This document shows positions 11,940-24,299 of a stretch of 64,000 nucleotides of DNA, piece after piece. Under the pieces are notes generated by a model, which made no database searches, had not been told where the DNA came from, and saw only the letters and a program-made list of their open reading frames with translations. How positions within the stretch are numbered: position 1 is the first letter of the stretch; every line of letters starts with the position of its first letter. Made by a program: the position numbers and the translations under genes. The stretch comes from Carcharhinus longimanus (taxonomy: Eukaryota), in contig JASCQW010000132.1 of NCBI GenBank assembly GCA_030264375.1, forward strand, positions 95,899,851-95,963,850, read 5' to 3'.

Positions 11940-12778
11940 GACATGACTGGCAGTGAAAGGCTGTTTCCTTCTCTAGATCTTTAGATGAGGTTGGAGTAGA
12001 CCAAAGGTTGTGGATTGAAATGCTCCTTGTATCATTTCTTGTCCATAAATGGTTATCTTTAAGGAAGGATCACTGATCAGACTCAAATATCAAATCCAGT
12101 TTATCAGGTGCATTTCAAGGATGAATGCTGCGTTGAATGCCTAGTGCCACACTGGTTTACCTTCCTACATACCTGATGGTAGAGTGAGGGATTTGCTGAG
12201 CCATGAATTGCATGGGGTTCCAGAATTCATGTTCAGGGTCACTCTTTTCTGACTATAGCGTCACCTCTGTAACTGGGATGGTGGTCATGGAGAATGCTGG
12301 GCAGTTTATTATAATGTATGTTTCTGTGAATGTGACTGTCAGGCTGATGCTTGACTAGTCTGTAGAATATCTCTTCCAATTTTGGAACAATGTTAGTGAG
12401 GAGAATTTTACAGGGTCAACTGGGCAGGGTGTGCCTTTGTCATTTCTAGAGCATTGGTCAACACCTTGTAGTCTGGCCAATTTCATTCTTCTTCAGTTTT
12501 TCTGTTGCAGTTTGCATAGATCACTTAATTGCTGTGGATCTCAAGTCACAGGACAGCACATTCCATTCCCTGAAAAACACTGGTGAGCCAGATGGGTTTT
12601 TATACGTAATCCAATATTTTTGTGACCACTGTTAATGAGACTAACCTTGTACTCCAGATTTATGAATTCTTTGTATTTAAATTCCCCCAGCTGCTGTGCT
12701 GGGATTGAACTCATGTTGCTCGAGCATTAATCAAAGCCTCTGGATTGCTAGTCCAGTATATTACCACAATGCGACCTT
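11940..12778 (-). mobile_element. Family-B LINE 5' end: tRNA-like head + short 5' UTR + APE endonuclease start
   Basis: On the minus strand: A-box-like ggtcgcattgtgg (~12776-12764) and B-box-like gagttcaatcc (~12712-12702). About 300 nt later comes KILLTNIVPKLEEIFYRLVKHQPD..FTETY (APE N-terminus, frameshifted). Confidence 0.65.
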
Positions 12779-13164
12779 TCTGCTGCTGTAATTACTATCT
12801 ATCCGACACTCTGTTTAATATATAGTCCTATCTTCTAGTTCTCACACATTCTCAAGTTCTAGTTCTTNNNNNNNNNNNNNNNNNGTTCTATTACATATTC
12901 ACTCCCAGAGGAAATAGAAACAAGTTGATTGAAACTCAATTGTTCGAACTGGGCAAAGTCTGGGTATTTGTCCAGTTGGGCTATTCTGGGTTTAACTCTA
13001 ATTTTACTGCTAAATACTTTTACTGCTAAATAATGGCAGTTATAGAAAAGAGAAAATTCCTGGTCTGTGTGCTCTTTATAGTTAAGGAAGAACATATAAT
13101 AGGTAACAGGCAAAATTTATACTATATATAAAATGAACAACAGTGTATAAAGCAATATTAGCAT

Positions 13165-13310
13165 TTTTAATATTTCATGGGACATGGGTGTCACTGTCTA
13201 GGCCAACAATTATTGCCCATTCCTAATGGCTTTTCAGAAGGTGATACCGAGCTACCTTCTTCAATCAGTTTAGGCTGTGGAATAGGTACATTCACAGTGC
13301 TGTTAGGTAA
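13165..13310 (-). mobile_element. Family-B LINE 3' tail
   Basis: ttcatgggacatgggtgtcactgtctaggccaacaattattgcccattcctaatggc...cacagtgctgttagg. Confidence 0.7.
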
Positions 13311-15289
13311 GGGGTACTGTGTGCAGTTTTGGTCTCCTTGTCTCTCCTCAAATATCCCACACCTGGACTGTTAGCTCCCATTTACAAACAGAAAGCTTTA
13401 AAGAGAATAGATGAATTGTGAAAGAAACAGAGGGATACAGATAGCTTGAAAGTCTAGTCTTTAATCAAAAACAGCCTTAAAGATCCATTCATTTTATCAA
13501 ATAGCAAGGTGAAACTCACATAACCTGCTCTCTTATCCATTATCCATCAATCACTTCAATTAACCTGCAGTTATCTGACTGGTATAAGTGGCCCATTAAT
13601 GCTAAAGGTAAATATTCATTGCCCATGCTTCATGTGACCAATAACCTGAGTGACGGCATAAAATTGCAGTGCTCAGTGAGACTAACACCATTGGTTAACT
13701 TCTTGTCATTCTCCAACTTCTTGTTGGAGTCAATGGGCCCACCAGAGTGGGATTGATGGCGGGCATAGCTATGGGGGAGACCACACATCCCATTCCCACT
13801 GACGGTAACATTAGCCCCCATTAAGACAGCAACATAGGCTGACACAGGGAACTCAACCACTGACTAATTAGACTCATTAATGAGCTCCTTAATTAGTAGT
13901 AGCTTAGAGGTTCTTCCTAACTAACATGAGTTTCAAAACCTGGTTGTCATCCAGGAGAATGTCCATATCTAAGAGAATGGAGTGGCAAATCCCCTGCTCT
14001 CATGCCCACATTGTATCTAGCTGATCCTTCGGATGAGGAAAGTGGATAGCGACATGCTTGAAAAGGATTTTGTCACGGAAATAAGCTGGAGACCAATGTC
14101 AAATTAGTGGAAGAAATTGATGGCTTCATGTGTCTCCCTGGATACAAAGATAATGTGGATAATATGTATATATATAGACCGCCCAGCCCATTTTCATTTT
14201 ATTAGTTTGTTACAACAAACATAGATTTGGCTTTAAACAATACTTTAGGTTGATGCTGATTATGGCATGACATGATAGGTCAGAAATAACTTTTTTCAAA
14301 GGTTAAGTGTTTGTTTCGATATTTACTGAGAAATGGTAGGATCTCCTTCTAAGAAGTCACAACATTTGAAAGGTACAATTAAAAAGAATAATACAACTGT
14401 GATTGACCTTGTATTACTTTGGCAAGATTAGATGTAAAAGAATAGGAGAAAACTAAAGAGATCTTCAACAAGGTAAGAGGAGGATATAAGAATAATTTAA
14501 GGATAATCTGTCTTAATTTTCAGTTGTTTTATCAGAACAACTTGATAAATAGATTATTGCATTTTTTTTTATTTTGAATAAAAACTTGAATTATTGTCAA
14601 GCCCAAATCCTCACAACACATTCAGGCAAGAGTTCAGAACTACTTCACCTCAATGTTTGTGACTGATTCTGGACTGAGAAGACAATACCTACTTCAGTTC
14701 ATGAAATCAAATGACATTGAGAAACCAGACTGAAGGGCCAAGACACTGCCAAGGTAAAAAATAACAAGTTCACCAAACTTATTCTCCTTACAAGAAACCA
14801 TTTTCAACGTGAGTGCATGTTAGAGAATTGGAACTGGAGGGTTAAGCCCCTATTACAATTCCCAATAAATCCAAAATCAGTGTATTTTGCTCTGAGATGA
14901 CAATTCAAGAAGTAATAGTTAGAAGGTTTGAAACTTGGATTTGCAATAGGAAACAAATATGATGAGGAGTTAGATGTTCCAGGTGTTTGAGAAATTGAAA
15001 AATAGTATTTAACTATTTTTGAGAGATNNNNNNNNNNNNNNNNNNNNNNNNNNNNNNNNNNNNNNNNNNNNNNNNNNNNNNNNNNNNNNNNNNNNNNNNN
15101 NNNNNNNNNNNNNNNNNNNNNNNNNNNCCTATTTTTGAGAGATGTGAATTGGACTGCAATTTGCCACCATCAATTTTACTATTATTGCTGAGAGTCAAAA
15201 CTAGCAGTCAGATATCCATCTGAGTGAGACTGCCAATTTCAGTCCCAATCAAAGTAAAATAGACAATAAATAGACAGTGGCATTACCCA

Positions 15290-16500
15290 CGCAAGACAAT
15301 CAAACTGTGCCTCCTTGTCCTAGTCTTGCCCATAATGTAAAATCTTCTTTCAGCATCTACCCTATCACATCCATTCAGGATCATATATTTTCAATAAGAT
15401 CACTTTTCACTCTTCTAAATTCCACTGGATACAGGTCAAACCTGTCCAACATTTCCTCATAAGATAACCCTCCATTCCAGGTAACAGTTGAATGAACCTT
15501 ATCTGAACTACTTCTAATGCATTTATATCATTTCTTAAATAAGGAGACAAAACTATTCCAGGTGTGGTACAACTATACCACTGTCCTGTGCAAATATAGG
15601 AAAATAACTCTACTTTTATATTCCATTCCCCTTTCAATGAATTAAAATATTCTTTTTGCCTTCCTAAGCACTTGTTATACCAATGTACTAACTTAAAAAG
15701 TTAAAGGAATGTTTATTTATTAGTCACAGTAAGGCTTACATTAACACTGTAATGAAGTTACTGTGAAATTCCCCTAGCTGCAACACTCCAGCACCTATTC
15801 GGGTCAATGCACCTAACAAGCATGTCTTTCAGACTGTGGGAGGAAACCGGAGCATCCGGAGGAAACCCACGCAGACATGGGGAAAATGTGCAGACTCCAC
15901 ACAGACAGTAACCTGAATTGGGAATTGAACCTGGGTCCTTGGAGCTGTGTGGTAGCAGTGCTGATCACTGTGCCACCATGTACCAAGACACTCAGATTCC
16001 ATTATACCTCAGAGGTGTGCAATCTCTCCATTTAATTAATATGCTGTTCTACTCTTCCTGCCAAAGTGGTCAATTTCACATTTCCCCACATTGTACTCTA
16101 CCTGCCAATTTTTTCCAACTCAATTACTCAATCTATGTCCCTTTGCAGATTCTTGTGTCCTCTTCACAACTTAATATCCTACCTATCTTTGTGTCATCAG
16201 CAAATGTAGCGATCATACATTTGGTCTCTTCATGCGTGTCATTGATTCTGAATTGTAAATAGTTGAGGTCCCTGTATTGATCCCTGCGGCACTTCACTTG
16301 TCACATCTTGCCAACCTGAAAATGACCTATGCATCCCTAGTCTCTGCTTCTTGTTAGCTAACCAATCCTCTAATCCATGCTAATGTAACCCCCTATACCT
16401 TAATATTTTCTTTTATGTAATAGCCTTTGATGTGGCACCTTGTCAAATGCCTTCCGGAAATTTAAATGTAGCACATCCACAAGATCCCTTTTATCCACAT
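15290..16500 (-). mobile_element. CR1 LINE RT/3' region, interrupted by a SINE
   Basis: Minus ORF LSPYLRNDINALEVVQIRFIQLLPGMEG; upstream VDVLHLNFRKAFDKVPHQRLL and SAAGINTGTS (degenerate VPQGSVLGP). Confidence 0.85.
15712..15980 (-). mobile_element. HE1-type SINE, full length, nested in CR1
   Basis: Minus strand: ggtggcacagtgatcagcactgct (A box), ggttcaattccc (B box), HE1 body, gtgactaataaataaac tail. Confidence 0.9.
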
Positions 16501-16854
16501 TGGAAGTAATTCTAAACACCTTGTCACCTTTGAATGCATTATCAAAACACGCAGTGTCTTATTTGCAATTTTCTGTTATACACTGGTCACAGAAGAAAGT
16601 TCCAATTATCTCATCCACTCCCACCAGTGCGTTCCCACAAAACCAGTGAACTTTGGGAAGTGTGTAAGAGCAAACATCAGCTCATGTGGCTGATTTCCCT
16701 GACCAGAATTCATATTTGCCAACTCCAAGTATTTTAGAGACAGGAAATAAGGCGATAGTTTTGTAACACCTAGTCTCTGCTCTTTCTGCAAATGCAAAGT
16801 AAAGGTAAAAGCTCCCACCTGAAAGGGACCAGAGCATTTATCTCAAAAATATCC

Positions 16855-17750
16855 CCAACAATTACATTTGTAGCATACTTATCAAATAAATACATCCCAG
16901 GCCATTTCACAGAAACAAAATCAGATAAAAATGGATGACAAATAAAAGAAAGAAGTATTGGGAACTGTGTGACCAAACTTTGCAAAGAATTGAATTTTAA
17001 TGCAGATCTTAAATAAGAAGAGGCATCTGGAAAAGGACTTGAGGACAGAATTCCAGACTATAGACCCTAGACCGGTAAAGGCCTGGCTAGAATTATGGGG
17101 GCAAGAGATTCACAAAAAGATGTGAATTGGAAAACACAGAGTTCTCAGAAGATTATAAAATGGGAGATAGGCAAGTCAAGGACATGAAAGGTTGCAAATA
17201 TATGGAAGAATATTTTAAATTTGAGACCTTGGAGACTCTGAACCAATATGGGTCAGTGAGCACTGAGTTGATAGATGAGTTGTTGAGGGATGGAAGAGGC
17301 AGCAGAGTTTTGGAAGATTTATAGAGAGTGGAGTAAAGAAGACAGATTAGGAGAACATAAGAACTAGGAGCAGGAGTAGGCCATTTGGCTCCTCGAGCTT
17401 GCCCTGCTATTCAATAAGATCATGGCTGATCTTTTTGTGGACTCAGCTCCAGTTACCCACCAGGTCAGCATAACCCTTAATTCCTTTACTGTTCAAACAT
17501 TTATCTCTATTTGCCTTAAAAACGTTCAATGAGGTAGCCTCAACTGCTTCACTAGCAGGGAATTCCATAGATTCACAACCTTTTGTGTGAAGAAGTTCTT
17601 CCTTAATTCAGTCCTAAATCTCCTAAATAAAGGAAACCATTTGAACAGCCAAATCTAGAGGGGAAAAGGCATTAATGAGGATTTCTGCAACAGAAAACTC
17701 AAGGCAGGGATGGAGAGGCGCAAAGTTATAGAGGTGGAACTAGAAATTCC
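16855..17750 (-). mobile_element. L2 LINE 3' remnant
   Basis: caacaattacatttgtagcatactt...catcccaggccatttcacag...gaattccagactatagaccctag resembles the reverse of the L2 3' end. Interrupted by a CR1 tail. Confidence 0.55.
17352..17625 (-). mobile_element. CR1 3' end nested in L2
   Basis: gaacataagaactaggagcaggagtaggccatttggctcctcgag...ttccatagattcacaacc...gaagaagttc. Confidence 0.9.
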
Positions 17751-17879
17751 ATTTGATTGACACAAATGTGATATCACAATGGCTTCTTCTGGGGACTTTA
17801 GTATGTAGAATGACCATAGGTGGTAGGTTGTGCCTTTGGATCAGTAGATCCATTTTATATTTTTCTGTGCTACACTACT

Positions 17880-18015
17880 GCTGGAACGTTACCACCATTC
17901 ATGCCAGCAGGAGCTTCCCATCTCGATGCAGTGAACGGAGATTTGGCTGGGCGCCAAATTTTCCGATCTCGCTGCAGCGGAAGCATGGCGTAAATGGCCA
18001 GCAAGATCACGCCCT
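17880..18015. mobile_element. Short MITE (family shared with 39932-40070 and 60522-60659)
   Basis: Shared core tgcagtgaacggagatttggctgggcgccaaattttcc with degenerate TIRs. Confidence 0.7.
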
Positions 18016-18564
18016 GTGGATGTAGGGGCAATTGGCTATTCCTTTTGATGGTAGTCAGCCGGTAAAGTATCACTGGCAATGTACACTGATACAAGTTGAT
18101 AGTAAGGCCTATGTGAAGTTCTTGAGAAGAAAGAGCAAGATAAACATTAAGAAGCAGTCAGAACCAGAAGCACATGTTGTTAAACATGAATACTTTATTT
18201 TCACTCTAAACTCTCTGTCGTGGTACATGCGTATATAATAACTTTAAGCGGACAAAATGCACAATGCAATTTCAATGCATTCTTTCTCCTTCTTAGTAAA
18301 TAAGAGGCATAGTGTGTTTCAGAGGTGCATTTCCAAAACTGTAAACCTTAAATTTAAACTTAAATTTCACTAGTAACACTATTACAAATGCAAACTTATG
18401 TATTAATTTAACAATGCATTCAGTCATATACCAAGAGATAAAAGATTTATTCACCAACTGAAAATAGTTCACTTTGTAACAGAATCACTTGAGCATGGTG
18501 GATGTTTCCTCTCATGAATAGGATATAGCCTGATATTAGGTATAGTCTGATTTAATTCCCATTT

Positions 18565-19598
18565 TGTGACACTAGTGTGCCTTTAAGAAATATATTTTTA
18601 AAATCACGTTCTCTGCAGTTTGTAACATGGTCTTTTGGATCATTGTGGCACCGGCTGCCAGCTTAGAAGTCCTTTTATTGCTGTTTCAATGGTTTAAGTG
18701 GGATTTTGTTTATTTTTAGTCTGTGCTTTATGCAGTGTCTGGGATTTTATGACCTTTTGAATTGTTAGGGAGAAGATTGATTGATAAGTCAAAGTCAGGT
18801 GGTTCCTCCCCAAAAGAATCCACGGGTTCACTTTCAGTTTTGGTTCAGAGTCAGAAGCTGTCCTGGTTGTCAAGTTGAAAGGAGGTTTTCTCTCTTTCCC
18901 CCTGGTATCATAGATTCTGCTGATTAGCTGGAAGCAGGTCTTCTTGCCTTCCTGGAGTGAGAATTCTGTCTCTTGCAGTGGTTTGCTGGCTAAAAGCTAG
19001 AGATTTAATATCTGTGTTGATATGTGCGATCTTCTTGGAGATCCTATCCACTTGGAGCCGACAGTTTGTGGTGTCGATGGTAGCCATAATGTGGAGATGC
19101 TGGCGTTGGGCTGGGTAGTACTGGGGTACCCCAATGCCAGCATCTCCACATAAAAGTTAGAGGCCAGCAGTGTCATTTTCTCTACCTTAAGGGCTGCTAG
19201 AAGTTACAATGCTGGAAGTCAGACTTTCAATTCTCCAACCAAAGGACTATGTTCCAGTATCACATGAGCATTCACACTTTCTGTGCTAAACCTGTGGCAA
19301 GGGCATGTTTTAAGGAAGTTTATTTGTTTGGAACATTTCATATATTTGTCAAGGGTTATACAGTATCATGGTTACTTTTTATCTCTTTGTATATGACTGA
19401 ATGCATTGTTAAATTAATTCATAAGTTTGCATTTATATATATATAAACTGTATTCCTAAATAAACTTTGTTTGATAAAAGCTCCCTAGTGTGTCATTTGA
19501 AGCATTGCATGCTTATTTCAGTCAAATTCAAATTGCAAAACTTATGATCTGGGTTGGCTTCATAAAACACCTTGGAGTCTCTGACCTGAATTATAACA
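18565..19598 (+). mobile_element. Solo LTR (TG...CA) with near-TSD attt/attc
   Basis: Starts TGTGACAC, ends TTATAACA, AATAAA at ~19459. The flanking 4-mers are attt and attc. Confidence 0.7.
19089..19151. repeat. Hairpin formed by two inverted Penelope-terminal segments
   Basis: atgtggagatgctggcgttggg ... cccaatgccagcatctccacat (22-bp arms, one mismatch). Same sequence as the Penelope end at 1265-1285. Confidence 0.8.
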
Positions 19599-20749
19599 AT
19601 TCTTAATTTGAGATGTTGGTGTCAGAATCAGATTCAGTGCTCCCGAATGGTGTTTTAGTGCTTTGAAGAACGTTTCTTTTTGTGTGATGTTTTGCAAACT
19701 CCGTTCAGTAATGATCAGTGATCTTTTTGTGTTGGCCAATACAAAAGGTTAGATATTAAAAGGGGCTTTATTGCTTTCCAATATCACAAGAAATTATGTT
19801 TATCTTGTGGATTTAGTGGCGTAGCTCTAAATTTAATTTATGGTTCGCATATTCTTTCATTCATCATTTCTGTCCTTCATTGTGTTCACCTACATATTAA
19901 TCATTAGTTCCGTGGGATTGTTCAGAAAATCATGTGCTCATTGTATGTGCAAATGTGGATGTAGCTGGAGGTTTCCCAGTAATGGAATGAGGAGTTGCTC
20001 TGAATGATGAAGATAGCAGTGCATTTCTTGCTTCCATTACTCGCTCTCAGGTGTAGCTGTACATATCGCGTCTCTCAAGGTTCATCAAAATTTCTCAACT
20101 TCTCTATTAGCTCTTGGCCAATGGAATGTGATTTTTCAATGAGAGGAATGTAGGTAGTTTGAGAATTTATTGAGCTAATTTCTGTTAAATTGTTCATTGT
20201 TGCTACTCATCATTTGAGGGATTCCAAACAAGGTGAAAATCTCGTCAAGCTTTGGGGTGACTGCTTTTGTTGAAGTTGATGTAGTTATTTCCATGATTGG
20301 TAATCTGCTGTAATCATCATTGACAACAAGCTAGTGTTCGCCTGTGGGAAAATCTGCAAAATCAATCCAAACTCCAATCCATGCTCCTGGAGGTAGTTCA
20401 GACATCTTTAGAAGGTCATGAGAATTTCACATTGTTGTTGCACGACAAGGCAAACACTGCTTGATTTTGTGTTCTGCCATGTCATCAATACTGTACCTCT
20501 TCCCTAGGGGTTTTTGCTCATTCCTGGGTGACCTTCATGTGCTTTACAGACAATACATTCTCTCAACGAAGTGAATGGCAATACAGTTGTCAGTTGACAC
20601 ACAATCAGTAATGGTGAGCTCAGGAATGAAGCAACTGCAGAATGTGATTAATCCATCAGCCTCCAGACTTCCTGCACATTTAGGATCTATAATATTTACA
20701 CTGGCTTCAGTTTTAGATGGATAAGGTGACACTTCTTCACTGAATATGC

Positions 20750-21424
20750 AAATTAGGAGCAGGAGTAGGTCACTCGAACCCTTCAGCCTGCTCTAGCATT
20801 CAATCACATCATGGCTGATCAGATTGTAACTTTAAACCCACATTCCTGCCTACCCCCCGATAATCTTTCACCCCCTTGTTAATCAAGAATCTATCTAGCA
20901 AGGACACTGCTTTCACTGTCTTTTGAGGAAAAGAATTCCAAAGACTCATAACCCTCAAGAGATTCTCCTCATCTCTGTTTAAATAAACAACTCCCTATTT
21001 TTAACCAGTGACCCTAGTTCTAGATTCTCTGACAAGAAGAACCATCCTCTCCACATCCACCTTGTCTATACCCCTCAAGATCTTAAAGGTTTCGATCAAG
21101 TCTTTTCTTACTCTTTTACTCTTGTTGGTACAAACCTAACCTCTTCTACCTTCCCTCATATGACAATGCATCCATTCCTGGTAAAGCTTCTCTGAACTGC
21201 TTCTGATGCATTTACTTCCTTTCTTAAATAAGGAGACTAATACTGTACACCATACTCCGGATGTGGTCTCACCAATGCCCTGTACAACTGAAGCATAGCC
21301 TCCCCACTTTTGTAATCAACTCCCCTCACAATAAACAATAACGTCCTATTAGCTTTCCTAATTACTTGCTGTATCTGTAGACCAGCGTTTTGTGATTCAT
21401 GCACTAGGACACCTAGATCTCTCT
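20750..21424 (-). mobile_element. CR1 3' portion
   Basis: Tail aaattaggagcaggagtaggtcactcg. Minus strand LYRALVRPHPEYGVQY*SPYLRKEVNASEAVQRSF. Confidence 0.9.
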
Positions 21425-21739
21425 TGGAGATGGAGAAAGAATGACTACAACAATGATTTTAACTACCATAATCGCAAAATTGGCTTTTAAAAGAAATGGT
21501 GTAACTGAGAATTAAGCATGCTGGGATTTTTGGTCAATTCATGATTAAAAATAGATGCAAGTCATAAAGTTGCTGTGAGTCCTAGCCTGGTCTGAGGACT
21601 TTGACCTGAAGCTTCCTGTGTTAACCAAATATGGGAAGTTGTTTCCTTTGATTTCAGCCTGATGACACTGAAGTTTTATGTGTTTTATGTGAGATACATG
21701 CTATTTGAACCAAGTATAATGGAGTCATATACAAAATTT

Positions 21740-22130
21740 CATTGGTTGTTCAAGCCATGATTACACCATTGACTTGGGCGCAAGAGAATCTTCTGGAAAG
21801 GTTGAAACAATTTGTCGATAAAAGGCATGTGCAGTCTTTTGTCTGTAGCGATAACATTAGGGGTCAGCCATCGCAAGAAGAAGTGCCATGGAAACATCTT
21901 CAGAGAAGACCACAAGGGCAAATTCTAAACCGGCAACAGACTTGGTCACTTTGCTCTAACTGGGTATATTTTCAATTAAATAATTAGAGTTAATGCTCAG
22001 TTAAGAGTTAAAGTTTAGTAAAGGAATTAAGGTGTTGCAACTGTTATAAGATTGAGTTGGTACTTAAGGTGTTAAATAAAGGAAGATTATTAGGAGAATT
22101 AAGCATCGATTCCTGTCCTTGTTTGTCACA
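21740..22130 (+). mobile_element. Possible LTR fragment
   Basis: aaataaagg followed about 50 nt later by ...gtttgtcaca (CA end). The start is not resolved. Confidence 0.35.
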
Positions 22131-22174
22131 TTAAACTGGAATGCTGGAAAGAGTTTGCATTAATAGCTGAAGAA

Positions 22175-22485
22175 TACTCTGCACCTCAGTGCTCTGCAAT
22201 TTCTCTCTAATTCGATAATAAACTTCTATTTTATTCTTACTGCCAAAATGGTCATATTTGCCCACATTATACTCCATTTGCCAGATTTTTGCCACTTACT
22301 TAACCTATGTCCTTCAGTAGCCTCCTTAAGTCCTCTTCACCATTTTTTTTCCTACTTATCTTTGTGTCGTTAGCAAATTCAGCAAGCATACATTCAGTCC
22401 TTTCATCCACGTCCTTTATATGAATTAGAAAATCTAGAGGTCCCAGCACCGATCCCTATGGCACTTCACTCGTCACTGCTTGCCT
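22175..22485 (-). mobile_element. CR1 RT fragment
   Basis: Minus strand SEVP*GSVLGPLDFLIHIKDVDERTECMLAEFANDTKISRK (PQGSVLGP / FADD region). Confidence 0.85.
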
Positions 22486-23219
22486 TTGTGATGATACATT
22501 CTCTATGTTGTGTAGACATGCATGTATTCATGTCTCAAGTTCACTTTCAGTCAGACTGTGGGGAAACACATTATTACTGATGTTTTCAGCATGCCTTCAA
22601 ATCCTCGCTGTGCATACTGAGTCATGTACTGAAATACCTCAGCTGCTGACTTGACTCCAAAGCTGAACCTCTCATAGTGAAAAAGTCTGATGTGAGTGGA
22701 GAATACTGAAGGGTGCCTTGATTCTTCTGCAAATTCAATTTGATAATTGCCTGCATTAAGGTCAAGTTTGGCAAAGTGTTTAGCACCATTCAGCTTTTCT
22801 ATGATTTCCTCAATTATAGATATTAAACATCTGTCTTATTATATGGCTTGGTTTTATAACTGCATATAAGTCAGATTCTAATCTCTTTCTTGATCTTGGG
22901 TTTCTTGACAATTTATATGGGAGAGATGAAAAGGTAGATTCATCCCTATTTGGGTTTTGGAAACGCATTGCTGTATTGATTAACTGTCTTGCCATAGTTA
23001 CGTAACTCTGTCATGAAGCACTCTGCTTCTGGGAGAAGACAGCTTAAGATCAATTCAATAAAGACCTCTCATTGAGTACACACTAATGAAGACTGCTGAC
23101 CTTATAATTGAAATACGCTGTCAGAGAGTGGTAGGAAATAGATCTTTCGACGCTGCAAAAGAAGCAGAGAAGACGCAGGAACACAAAAAGGTGCAAATTG
23201 GCAAACAAAAAGGCTGCTA

Positions 23220-24125
23220 AAAAAGCAAAGGAAATCAAACAAACGAGGAAGAGAGAGAGGCCATTTGGCCCTTCAAGCTTGCTCTGTCATTCAATAAGAT
23301 CATGGCTGATCTGTTTATGTTTGATTGTCATTTGCCAATCAGAAAAAGATCCATTCATGCATATTCTGTCCTCTGCCAATTAGCCAATCTTCTATCAATA
23401 TTAATATTTTACGCCCTACACTATGAACTTTTATTTTCTACATAACCTTTGGTGTGGCACCTTATCAAATGCTTTCTGGAAATCCAAGTGCACTGTGTCT
23501 ACAGGCTCCCCTTTCTCCACAAAATTACTCCATCAAATTTAACCAATACATTAGTTAAACATGACTTCCCTTTCAAAACTATGCTGAATCTTCCCGACTA
23601 TCTTGAGTTTTTCTAAGTGCCCGGCTATAACATCCTTAATGATCAATTCTAGCACATTCCGGATGTCAAGTTAACTGACCTATTATTTTCTGTTTACTGG
23701 CTCCCTTTCTTCTTGAATAGAGGGGTCACATTTGTTACTTTCCAGTCTGATGGAATCTTTCCAGAATGGAGTAAATTTTGGAAAATTAACACCAGCTCAT
23801 CTATTACCTCATCAGCCACCTACTTTAAAACCCTAGGCTGAAATCTATCAGGACCCAGAGATTTGTCAGCCCGCAGCTCCATCAGTTTTGCCCAGTACCA
23901 TTTCCCTAGTGATTGTAATTTCATTAAGTTCCTCTTTCCCCTCCACTTCCTGATTTAAGGCTATCAATGGAATGCAGTGAAGACAGAAGCAAAGTATTTG
24001 TTCATTTCATCTGCCATTTCATTATCATCTACTAATAATTCCTCATTTGTCACTCGCTAGAGGACCAATACTCACTTTCCTTCTTATTTTCCTTTTTAAA
24101 TACCTTTCACGTTTCTAACTAGCTT
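23220..24125 (-). mobile_element. CR1: 3' tail directly followed by an RT 5' part (large internal deletion)
   Basis: Tail ggccatttggcccttcaagcttgctctgtcattcaataagatcatggctgatc. Minus strand VHLDFQKAFDKVPHQRL, PSDWKVTNVTPLFKKKG, ADEMNKYFASVFT. Confidence 0.85.
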
Positions 24126-24131
24126 TCTTTC

Positions 24132-24275
24132 TGTTGAAGAGGTGACCATCTGCAGGGTCATGTGACCCAATTGGCCAATGAGGAAGGAGCATGTGAATCC
24201 CAGGGCTGTTCCTGTCAGAATTGATCTGAGGGCTGAATGGAGAAGATGCACATCGAAACACTCTGTAAATAGTTG
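24132..24275 (+). mobile_element. Gypsy-type LTR fragment
   Basis: Starts tgttgaag; ggtcatgtgacccaattggccaatg and ctgtaaatagt motifs resemble fish/shark Gypsy LTRs. Confidence 0.35.
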
Positions 24276-24299
24276 AGGGAATTAGGCACAGTTAATTTT

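Larger units (their letters stand above)
18172..23120 (-). mobile_element. Decayed Gypsy LTR retrotransposon (RT 22540-23100, integrase 19600-20730, LTR-like end ~18172-18300), heavily interrupted
   Basis: Minus translation gives EIIEKLNGAKHFAKLDLNAGNYQIEFAEESR and HIRLFHYERFSFGVKSAAEVFQ (RT), then AHEGHPGM...CLPC...MSELPPGAWIGVWIDFADFPTGEH*LVVNDDYSRLP...LDEIFTLFGIP...WPRANREVE (H2C2 + rve). Confidence 0.85.
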
